A stretch of 38,244 bases of DNA, taken from NCBI GenBank assembly GCA_002269645.1, contig NIVC01004683.1, positions 1-38,244 on the forward strand. Reading direction: 5' to 3'. Both the position numbers and the translations under genes were made by a program. The notes beneath the pieces were generated by a model. That model had not been told where the DNA came from, searched no databases, and saw nothing but the letters and a program-made list of their open reading frames with translations. Each line of letters starts with the position of its first letter. The first letter of the stretch is position 1. This DNA is from Macrostomum lignano (Eukaryota). This document shows, in pieces, positions 1 to 10,270 of this stretch.

Positions 1-1628
1 ATGGCTGATTCCGTAGATCCGTTGATGCGGCTTGTCGACGATGATTTCAAAGCACTGGTAACGATGCTCTTCAGCTGGAGCAGTTGCTCTCGCTGCTTCC
101 CGGTGGCATGGTGCTTGACGGAGTCGGGACAGGAGTTGAGTACTCCAGCTCACATGTCACCGGTTGCGCGATATGAACGATGAAGAAAATCAAAAGAAAT
201 AGTTTAAATCTGCTGAAAACTCTAACAGAGTTTGTCAAAGGTGGCTTCACCATCTTCTAATCCGAGTCTTGACAGCAGAATCTCTTTCACTGCTTTGAGA
301 GTTTACGCTTTTATGACAAAGATTTCTTTACCTTGACCCATTCAATATCAGCTAAAATTGGACTGCCTAAAGGTAGATGCTTGAATGAAGCGAAGAATCT
401 AAATAATATAGACTTTATTGTGCTCTGGCCAGATGCAGAAAGTTGTTGCAGTATAAATCTCAAAATTCTTCTTATTGTCCAGTCCACCTAATTTGCCTAT
501 CTTGAGTGTCTCAGACCTCGACTGGGCCTGGCTGGCAGCGCAGCGACAAAAGAAGCACGTTAAAGCAGAGCAATGTGCAGAGCTGCTCAACTTTTCCGGC
601 CCACTCCCCCTTATTTACATTTACGCCCCACTGCGCCTGCATACCTGCAATTGTTGCTAGTTTGAAGCAACCTCGTTAATCTAAGCATGCTGCTTGTTGT
701 TTCGCCGACAACTTAAAAAACGAATATTTTACTACTAGTAGCGTATATAAAATACATTTTCATTGTCTTTTGGATCGTGGGAAAGAATCACTGTAGAACG
801 ATGGTTTCGCAGGGAAGTGACTTCGAATGAATTCAATATTGCTGAGTATTTGGCTGCCTATCCTTAACTCTTCTTAACTGTCGTGCGATTTACACCCATA
901 AAGACACCCTACAGCCCTCCTCGAACATGATTACTAGCCTAAAGCTTCTGTCCTTACGTTTGTGGAGTCGTGGATTCGTGTGGATTCTTGTGGAGAACGT
1001 GTGAATTCTACCTCGTCAGTCAGGACAGCCTACCTGATCTCTGAAAGAATCTGCGGCGTTGCTTGCAGGGTTGCCCTTCACTCTATGAGAGCGGTCCTGC
1101 AGTCTGAGGCGCTACCAAACCACCAGAGGGGCTGGTCCAGACCGTCTTGTTTTGCAACAACGATGAGATTTTGGGCCGACGGACGTCGATCTTTGGGCAT
1201 AGAAGTCACGGCAAGTCACACCGGGCTGGTCCATCTAATCGACCTTTTCAAGCTATATCAACTGCTTCTAGTCCTCCTAAAGTCTAAAATTTGAACTTCA
1301 ATTCAAACATAGATTCTTTCTGTAGAATTAAATTGTCTGCATCAGAAAATCAATTCCAATCCAGTCCTATCCAAGAATTAACCACATAAAGAGACAATCC
1401 GGTGTGGAGCATGTACATGTAGATAAACACAGACTTCTTCAACACGACTACACTACTGCAGTTAAGTAGCAACATGAGATTGTTTATGACTGCGTGTTTC
1501 TCATACTAGACATATACAATAGAGTCTATAAAAGCTTGAGCAGTCAAAAGCCTCCGCTCTCAGCTCAACACCAGGCAATAGCAGTTCAATTTTTCCTCTC
1601 GAAAAAATCCGCTTGTTTCCAAACGATA

Positions 1629-4600
1629 ATGGGCTCTGGTAGCTCAGTAAATTCCCAGGTAAGAAGCTTATGAAGCACGTCTAAGTACCATTCTTTTACA
1701 ATAGTCAAGATGTATTAAAGGTATAATGCTATTTGAGGATCGTTATTACAGGCATATTGCCGTTTGAGGATCGTTAGTACAGGCACAATCCCGCTTGAGG
1801 ATCGTTAGTACAGGCACAATCCCGCTTGAGGATCGTTAGTACAGGTACAATGCCGCTTGATAATCGTTAGCACAGGTACAATGCCGCTTGAGGATCGTTA
1901 GTACAGGTACAATGCCGCTTGAGGATCGTTAGCACAGGTAAAATGCCGCTTGAGGATCGTTAGCACAGGTACAATGCCGCTTGAGGATCGTTAGCACAGT
2001 TACAATGCCGCTTGAGGATCGTTAGTACAGGTACAATGCCGCTTGAGGATCGTTAGAACAGGTACAATGCCGCTTGAGGATCGTTAGTACAGGTACAATG
2101 ACGCTTGAGGGTCGACTGACGAAGCTCTTTTTAGAACGTATCATTCTTTCGCTTTGAATCTTAAACTTTATTCTTAGGCAAAATCTGACACGGTTGATGA
2201 GTCAGCAGCCTTGCAGCGACTCGCTAAGCTTGTCATTCAAGGCGACTTTGGACAAGTGCGACAGCTGGCGATGCGCCGGTTAGTAAAGTCAAAAGATGGA
2301 AGTGGACGCACCGTTTTGATGCTAGTGGCTGACACTCGTGGAACTCCTTTGCAAGCTGAAAAGTGCATCTTGTACTTGTTTGAGCTCGGCGCGGATCCTA
2401 AAGCATCTGACGCAGAGGGCAACACGGCTGCTCACCTGGCAGCCCGCCGGGACCACGTGCGAGTGCTGGCGCTGCTGCCTTTCGAGGCGAAGTGGCTGCA
2501 GAACGAGCGGGGACGCACTCCGCTGATGGAGGCGGTGCTTTTTGGCAGCTGGAAATGCGCCAAGCACCTGCTGCACCTGCTGAGGCAGGAGAGGTTCATA
2601 GACGAGTACAGAGGCGTCAGTACAGCACGACAACTAGGCAGGTTTCTAAAGGCCAGCTACACTGGCGATATGAGTCGAAACCCGATGAGGCAGAAGTTTT
2701 TTGGAATGAAGGACCAAAATGGTCAGACGGCGCTGGAGCTGGCGAAATTCAAGGGCTACTCAGAGCTGGCCAGCTATATAGAACGGTGAGTGAGTCTGGT
2801 GTGTAATCTGCCCTGCTTTACTTTCTGGCTTTACAGAATATCATTCTCAAGAATAGCTGGTTTTGTCAATACGAGCGTATAACACGAGATTTTTTGGATT
2901 TTTTCTGCAGCGAGATGCGTCTGGATGTGGTCGCGATTGGGTTAATCAACGGTCTGACGAAGCAGGTAAGCCTCGTTCGCTGGTGCGTGTCTCTTATTTA
3001 CCATGTGGCAATGCATCTACTACTTAAGGGATCGGCAAACTTTTTTACCTCAAGGAAGGGCCAGATAAAGAACCTAGCTGCGGTCTAGATGAGAGAGGAA
3101 ATGAGATAATAGATGAGGGAGAAGATGGGGAGAGAGGAGAAAAGAGAGTTGAGAAGAAACCTCCTGATCTACTTAACGTCGATTTCCTGTTAACTAATCG
3201 CTGCAGGAAGAGGCCGACAGAGAGAAGCTGGAGTGCCTGGCCCGGGAGGGCAACGTGGCGACGCTGCTGCGGCTGGTGACGCGCGCCAACTGCGATCTGC
3301 CTAGCAGAGCCGGTCACACCATGCTGATGCATCTAGTTCGGAGTGTCGAAATTGAAAACGCGTCCGTTTGGAAGCAGCTGCTGAACCTGGCTGACCCAAC
3401 CTGCGCCGATATAAATGCCAACACCTGTGTGCATCACGCAGCCGAGGCAGGAAACGACTCGGCGATTGTCGCACTGCTAAATGCAGGAGCCGCCGCCAAT
3501 GCCACAAAGGACAACGGCGAGACTCCCCTGATCGCGGCAGCCTCCAACACGCCCATTCGAAGAGCCTTCTTGACAGGGTGGTTCCTGTTGGCTGGAGGCG
3601 CCGATTGGAGTCTGAAAGACTCCCGTGGCTGCACTGCCTATGAAATTGCCCTCGAATATGATAAGGAGGATCTGACCGACTTACTGCAACCGTGAGTTTA
3701 CATTTACCGCTCTTTATGGGCAAGTAATTTGCTCTGAAGGTGTTTCTACGAGCGTAAGTTGCCCTTGACTTCACTTGCTGATCGAAGTGACACGGGAAGA
3801 TATTAATATAACAATCAAGTTCAATATAGCTCGCATGACCTGCAACATCGAAAAGTCGCCATCACAGAAGATTCCGTCTGTGGTCGCTACTTTCGAAAGC
3901 GCTGGTAAAGTTTCTCAATCTTTGCGAGTGACGCAACTCAGCTACGCCACGGCAGACTTGAGTTGAGGAATGAAGTGGGGGGAAGCGGTGTGCGAGGGTT
4001 GGACGGATTAAAGCTACCCGAGTGGCGACGTTGCTATGTTGCTGAGTATATTTTAGGACTTTCGGATGTTTTAGTACATTTCCCATCGAAAAAAGGTTAT
4101 CAAAGAGTTGATTTTGTACTTGGCTCATATTGTCCAACTGCAAAACTGCTTGACACAATCTAACCGTGGATCAGTAACAATTACCTTTTCGCTTGCCTGT
4201 TTCAGGTACCAATCGAAAAAATTCTTTGACGAGACTCCGAATCTGTCGTAAGTGTTGATTGAGATTTGTCTTGTACTTATAGCTCGTACTAGTAATTTTA
4301 AGTATAGGCGGATTGTTTAGAACAATGCTCTCATCCTTGTAGATGGAAAACGCGGCGAGGAGCTCAGACAGACGACATCTGGGACGAAGATGAGAGCTGG
4401 CAAGTCATACTACTGCAGATTGAGAGTTGGACCAGTGAAGGACACTCTGGTTTTATAGATTTATGCGACCTATTTCTAGATTCAGAAAGCTAAAAATTGA
4501 TAAAAAGCAACAGGTTAACGAGTATAGTTAGTACTTGAATTTAATCTGATTTAATCAATTTCAGGTCGCCTGAAAGAGCGGAATTTCCGGAAGTTCAGCC

Positions 4601-6167
4601 GTCAACAGGCTCTCAAAGCGGTGCTACGACCAGACAGACGAACTGGTAAGCCACGAGGTCTCGCTTGCTTGCTTAAATGTACTATTGAGATTTTTTATTT
4701 GAGACATCGTCCGAGACTATAAATAAGGTCTAAGTTAGGCTTAGTGTTCTTTTATTGGCTTAAAAAGACTGAATCTGAGGAAGTCCATAGACCCGAGGAA
4801 GGCCAATGATCTAATGAAGTCCATAGATCTGAGGCTATGGAAGCCCATAGACCTGAGAGGAAGCCCATAGATCTGAGGAAGCCCATAGACCTGAGAGGAA
4901 GCCCATAGACTATAAACTTTTAAATCTGTGAAAGCAGCTTTTCTCGTGAATAAATTATATGAACCCGCGAAATTATTTTAACTTTTTATAAAAACTATTA
5001 GGTAAATAAATAATAAAATATAGAAAAATATATAAGGCTGGAGAGAATTTCTCGGGTTTGGTAATATATAATTCAGTTTCAATCGCTATGCCCAATTCCA
5101 GGAGCGAAGAGGAGTTCTACCCAGTTACGAATCCGCAGGGATTCTGCATCATCATCAACATTGGCAAATACGAAGAGTTAAAGCACAAGGAGGGAGGCAC
5201 AGCCATCATCGATCCAGAGATACGTGAAGGATCGGCGAAGGATGTGCAGCTAGTGAGACAAGTATTCGAGGAGCTTTGTTTCATTGTCAAAGTTCGGGAA
5301 GACCTCAAAACTCAGGAGATCGACGACTATCTCAATGACGTAAAGAGATCAGAGGAGCTCAACAAGCACGGCAGTTTTGTCTGCTTTTTAATGGCTCACG
5401 GCAGCCACGACTGCATCTACGGAGCCGATTGGGTTCCTTATCCCATCGATAGGATCGTTGATAAATTTCAGGTAATTTAAAAATGCAGATTTTTATTGAC
5501 AAAAACTACGATAATTAGTCTATCAGTCTTATTGTCGTCAATGGTAATTATTTGTATTATACTGAGTATCTGGGTGGTCTTAAGCGGGTTGAGGGACGCT
5601 ACACAATCGCAAAAAATGTGTAATTTGTTACTCTAGGGAAAAATCTGCAAACTAATTTTCACGAATTCGCTGTTTCAGTCCTACTTCTGCCAGGCTCTGT
5701 CCAGGAAACCGAAAATCTTCTTCATTCAAGCCTGCCGCACCAACACTTTAGCCGCCGCACGCTCCACCATTCGCTCCGACCGAGTCCCAGCCATGGGACA
5801 AGGCCAGACTCGCTCCACTCAAGAAGCTGGAGAGTCCAGCGTGACCTTCGATGCAGCCGCACTTGCTCCCCTGAGAAACCGAGACTTATGTCCGGCCGAA
5901 GGCGACTTTCTGCGCTGCTTCGCCAGCACACCGGGCTCCGTCGCCATAAGAGACACCCACAGGGGCTCGCCATTTGTGCAGATTCTTTGCCGCTTCCTGC
6001 AGCAGCACTACAAGGTGCACGACGTGTCGCACATCATGACCAAAGTGAACAACTTTCTGCAGAAGAATTCTGTTGAGACCGGCGATGGCAAGTTGCAGTC
6101 TATTGTGACGCAGAAGGTGGACCAGCTGGCACGCCGGGTCAGCTTTGATCCCAGCAGGGCCAACTAG
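1629..6167 (+). CDS. Ankyrin-repeat-caspase fusion protein, copy 1 (predicted N-myristoylated; about 8 ANK repeats + C14A caspase p20/p10), 738 aa, 9 exons
   Basis: Manual splice model: 1629-1658 (MGSGSSVNSQ, donor gtaaga), 2178-2785, 2911-2965, 3207-3691, 4206-4247, 4343-4399 (GC donor), 4565-4645, 5102-5471, 5679-6167. All phases are compatible; total 2217 nt = 739 codons. ANK motifs: GRTVLMLVA, GNTAAHLAA, GRTPLMEAV, GQTALELA, GHTMLMHLV, ANTCVHHAA, GETPLIAAA, GCTAYEIA. Caspase motifs: PQGFCIIIN, REGSAKDV, FLMAHG (His codon 5397-5399), KPKIFFIQACRT (Cys codon 5733-5735), EGDFLRCFASTPGSVAIRDTHRGSPFVQ. Exon 1 and the linker exons are the least certain parts. Confidence 0.85.
1735..2111. repeat. 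31-bp minisatellite, about 12 copies, in intron 1 of ANK-caspase copy 1
   Basis: Unit gaggatcgttagtacaggtacaatgccgctt; gaggat recurs at 1735, 1766, 1797 and on to about 2107. Confidence 0.95.
4774..4910. repeat. Short 18-20-bp tandem repeat, about 7 copies, intronic
   Basis: Unit approximately ctgag(ag)gaagcccatagac/at. Confidence 0.85.
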
Positions 6168-6360
6168 GCCTCTCAAAGCCGGGTGACGTCTCAGTGAAGA
6201 TTTTTTTCTGGAGGAACTTGTTGTCAAATTGTTGTTAAAATGTACCCCTTATTCAGAATTTGACAGACCGTGATGATACGAAGTACGTTTTTTCACCAGT
6301 TTTCTGCCCTTTAGGCCTATTTAATCTCGTCTTTTACGTCGTACTTTTTCGGTAGATTGA

Positions 6361-6366
6361 ATTAAA
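6361..6366 (+). terminator. Possible polyadenylation signal (ATTAAA) of ANK-caspase copy 1
   Basis: ATTAAA about 195 nt after the TAG at 6165-6167, followed by a T/GT-rich stretch. Confidence 0.35.
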
Positions 6367-7467
6367 CAGTGTTTATTTGTTAAATTTTTTGTTTGTATTC
6401 TTGAAATCTCAAAAACTGATTGCTGTTTTTTCGTTCTTGTTTTAGATGTGAAATCGAGCATCTTAAGATTCTGTGAGCTGTGCTTTTGTCCTTAAAAGAA
6501 TATTTATTTGTAACTACGCAATAATATATCTGCTTATTTCAAAATATTTATCAATTTTGCCCCCACCCTTGTGTTGTCGCTAAGGAAGAAAATTGTGTCG
6601 CTAAAAGTGCATAAAAATGACGATGCTGTAAATATTTGAAACCGTTTTTTATTTATCCAAAATCCTTAGATATAGATTAATGCCTTAATTCATAGTCTTT
6701 CATGTGGTAGCACGCAGTGTGTGCGATGAAATGCAAGCTGCTAGACAATGAATGGAGCGGCTTCTCCGTCAGATCTGATGTTGCCGAAAAGGTGATTGGC
6801 ATATTTTTACAACCCTGGGTCGCGCTTGGCCCAACCAACAAAAGGCTTGCACAACAATGGGCATAGAGTGAGTTCAATACCGGCTTTAACTGCAAGCGGT
6901 TACCATAGTAACTGTACAGGAAATTGTCCAGGCCTCTCGGGCGCTGCTATGCTGATGTTCAATATTAAATTATAACAGTACTGTACAGTTTAACTGCCAC
7001 ACACTTCCGTCTCCTCTCCCTGTACTGTACACACCGCTTTATCGATCGTCCCAAACCCCTTCTTGACTCCTAATTCCAGCCACCCCTGTCCCTTTATCTC
7101 TAAATAGGATGTCATTGGTTACGCTCAGGACAGGCTTCTTGCTCCAATACCTGGCTGCTCTCTGCATTCTCGTTAATTTCACCCAGTAACAATAACAATA
7201 AAAAATAGGTCTGCCCGCGACTCTATAGACCATAGCGCTCACGTGATTTAAATTATTTTTGTGCTTTAAAAGTACGTATAGAGGGAAACCATCTGCATGC
7301 ATTACTGTTGTTAGTAGGCATTTGTGATTCGTTGTTGGCTTTAGCACCAGGGGCCTTAGCACAAGGGGGCTTTAGCACCACGGGCTCAAGCACCAGGTCT
7401 CCAGCTCATTTCTAAGAAAATAATTGTTATCGTCACTTTATCCTCTCTTCTTCCTCTCGGAAAGAAC

Positions 7468-8110
7468 AGGAGAGGAGAGATGAGGAGAGGAGAGAGGAGG
7501 AGAGGAGAGAGGAGGAGAGGAGAGAGGAGGAGGAGAGAGGAGGAGAGGAGAGAGGAGGAGAGGAGAGAGGAGGAGAGGAGAGAGGAGGAGAGGAGAGAGG
7601 AGGAGAGGAGAGAGGAGGAGAGGAGAGAGGAGGAGAGGAGAGAGGAGGAGAGGAGAGAGGAGGAGAGGAGAGAGGAGGAGAGGAGAGAGGAGGAGAGGAG
7701 AGAGGAGGAGAGGAGAGGAGAGGAGAGGTGAGTTGATGAGAGGAGAGAGGAGAAAAGAGGAGAGGAGAGAGAAGGAGAGGAGAGCAGAGCAGAGGAGATG
7801 AGAGAGGAGGAGAGGAGAGAGGAGGAGAGGAGAGAGGAGGAGAGGAGAGAGGAGGAGAGGAGAGAGGAGGAGAGGAGAGAGGAGGAGAGGAGAGAGGAGG
7901 AGAGGAGAGAGGAGGAGAGGAGAGGAGAGGAGAGGTGAGTTGATGAGAGGAGAGAGGAGAAAAGAGGAGAGGAGAGAGAAGGAGAGGAGAGCAGAGCAGA
8001 GGAGATGAGAGAGGAGGAGAGGAGAGAGGAGGAGAGGAGAGAGGAGGAGAGGAGAGAGGAGGAGAGGAGAGAGGAGGAACGGAGAGGAGAGAAAGGAAGA
8101 GGGGAGAGGA
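7468..8110. repeat. Purine-rich (GGAGA/GAGGA) repeat, 15-bp unit, with an internal 207-bp duplication
   Basis: Unit ggagaggagagagga. The interrupting motif gtgagttgatgag occurs at 7728 and 7935. Confidence 0.95.
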
Positions 8111-8600
8111 GATTCGACTAGGGAGCTGCAAAAAGACACAAACCTCGAGCAGGCCGGATTGCAATGCTATTGTGAAGTTTTAAAGGACCAGAGAGCCAGA
8201 CAAAGCTTACTTAACAACAAGAAGGTTAAGTAGTCCTTGGAGCCGGATAGAGAGGCTTCGCGGGCCGCATGTGGGCCGCGGGACGATGTTTGCTGTCCCC
8301 TATCTTAAAAGACAAATAAAAGTGCATTTATGACGCATTGCAAAATTGTACAATTTAATTCTCTATCCCCTACTTACGTCAGTAGCAAAAAAGCTGGTGC
8401 ACGAAAAAAGAAATGACAAGTAGTGTACTTTTAGAATAGAGTAAGAGATGATAGGATAAAGTAACCCCCATTGTCATGGCAACCTGCACAAGCATACAAA
8501 ATCAGTCACTGGGGCAGGTGCGCTAGTGGAGCGGATTCTTATTTTGCTCAACACTTGTGCAAGCCAGGTCAGCAAAAAGATTTGACAGGTCCATGGCTAG

Positions 8601-9168
8601 CTGACTGACTGACTGACTGACTGACTGACTGACTGACTGACTGACTGACTGACTGATTGACTGACTGACTGACTGACTGACTGACTGACTGACTGACTGA
8701 CTGACTGATTGACTGACTGACTGACTGACTGACTGACTGACTGACTGACTGACTGACTGACTGACTGACTGACTGACTGATTGACTGACTGACTGACTGA
8801 CTGATTGACTGACTGACTGACTGACTGACTGACTGATTGACTGACTGACTGACTGACTGACTGACTGACTGACTGACTGACTGACTGACTGACTGACTGA
8901 CTGACTGACTGACTGACTGACTGACTGACTAACTGACTGACCGACTGACTGACTGACTGACTGACTGACTGACTGACTGACCGACCGACTGACTGACTGA
9001 CTGACTGACTGACTGACTGACTGACTGACTGACTGACTGACTGACTGACTGACTGACTGACTCACTCACTCACTCACTGACTGACTGATTGACTGACTGA
9101 CTGACTGACTCATTCACTCACTGACTGACGGACTGACTCATTCACTCACTGACTCACTGACTCACTGA
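8601..9168. repeat. (CTGA)n tetranucleotide microsatellite, about 570 bp
   Basis: Near-perfect ctga array with ttga/ccga variants, decaying to ctca at the 3' end. Lies in putative intron 1 of copy 2. Confidence 0.98.
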
Positions 9169-9715
9169 ATTCCTATATACAGTAATATATTCGCATCAGA
9201 AAATTATTTAAACTTTCCAATTCTGCAGGAATTCACTCAGCTCGAGTGCGATTTAGAGAAAATTCGGGCCAGGTTCGAGTCCGACCGGTATTATGCAGGC
9301 AAACTGATGACAGCAACAGACATGGATTATCGAAACCCAGTGATGTAGCTCGCATGGGCTAAAAAGATCCCTGCTAACGTTGAAAAGTGCATCGCGTACG
9401 TTGACGAGCATGAGAAAAACGCACTGACCTCGGTGTCACCTGGTCAGTCAGGAGGGGCAACCTGAAGGTGCTGGCGTTGCTGTATGTCGGAGTAAAGTGC
9501 TGTCAGAATAAGCGAAGCGCCACCCCGCTGATGGAAGCGGTATGGAGGGACTGGAAATCGGTCCTCCTTCACGAAAGAAGATGCCTGGCATGAAAAATAT
9601 CAAAGGTCGTACAGCCTTTGAACTGGCGAGGCTTAATGGACACTCGGAGATGGCGAAAAATATTGAGCTGTGAGTGGCCGGTGTGACGATTTATGTAGCT
9701 CCCGTATTAAAACAC

Positions 9716-9910
9716 GGGGTTGTAGCTAAAGCCTAGTGGCTGGAGCGTGGAATTCACGATTGAGAAGTCTGGAGTTCGATTCTCGAGCTACTCAGAAAAA
9801 TTTTTGTCCTTTAGCAAGACATTTAACTCTACATTGCCTCAGTTCACCCAGCTGTAAAATGGGTTCCAGCATTAGCTGGTGTAATTAAGGGGTGCGTGTG
9901 GCGACCCCTC
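9716..9910 (+). mobile_element. tRNA-derived SINE with CORE-like central domain, copy A
   Basis: tRNA-like head with A-box-like sequence and B-box ggagttcgattc (9771-9782). Then ttagcaagacatttaactctacattgcctcagttcacccagctgtaaaatggg, similar to the CORE domain (gggcaagtcacttaacctct...cctcagtttc...ctgtaaaatggg). A close second copy lies at 12798. Confidence 0.75.
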
Positions 9911-10270
9911 AAATTATTGCTTCGACAGTCATTAAAACTTTTGCTTGACTTGTCAACATTTTTTCCGATCTCGAATCAAGATGGGATTAAAAGTATTTGT
10001 AAGTAGTCAGAAAGAGTGCCGGCATGACTCAAATTTCGAAATAATTTTAGAGAGATGCGTCTGCAGATCAGCAAAGAAAGCAAAATTAGCGGCCTAACGG
10101 TCGAGGTGAGTTGTTATCTCCGTACTCATATTGCGAACAGCTGGGAACTTTTCCCTCAAAAAGTTAGCACAAAAATCACCCCTTTCCCAACAGCAGAACG
10201 TTTGACGAGAAGGGCCGAACGGCCGTCATGTGGGCGGCCAGCAACCGCGACTGCAACGACGCGACTCTCT

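Larger units (their letters stand above)
8476..10270 (+). pseudogene. Disabled 5' (ankyrin) exons of ANK-caspase copy 2
   Basis: Putative exon 1 8476-8517 (MATCTSIQNQSLGQ, phase-0 donor; tentative). Exon 9229-9669 is homologous to 2178-2785 (EKCIAY, VRRGNLKVLALL, QNKRSATPLMEAV, GMKNIKGRTAFELARLNGHSEMAKNIEL, same phase-2 gtgagt donor). It has a TAG at 9346-9348, homology spread over three frames, and is 441 nt versus 608 nt. The 55-nt exon 10051-10105 (EMRL) equals 2911-2965 in length. In the next exon DEKGRTAVMWAASNRDCNDATL is offset from WKQLL by one extra T at about 10270. Confidence 0.75.

Noticed and set aside
1-1300. Short ORFs 1-183, 71-253, 399-590, 475-660 and 962-1294
   Set aside because: No recognisable motifs or consistent splice model; an exon of a gene extending off the window cannot be excluded.
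2787-2789. Real stop codons ending stand-alone ankyrin genes (also 3693-3695 and 10595-10597)
   Set aside because: Each TGA overlaps a gtgag(t) donor in the same phase in both paralogs, and downstream exons continue in frame.
8257-8282. GC-rich near-palindrome cgcgggccgcatgtgggccgcgg, reminiscent of hAT-type MITE ends
   Set aside because: I could not find terminal inverted repeats or a target-site duplication.
7433-9065. Long ORFs (SSPPL-, EERR- and SQSV-repeat proteins)
   Set aside because: They are translations of the GA-rich repeat and the (CTGA)n microsatellite, which lack stops in some frames.
9716-9800. tRNA gene (also at 12798-12870)
   Set aside because: A/B boxes are present, but I could not fold a convincing cloverleaf or acceptor stem, and both continue into a shared SINE body.
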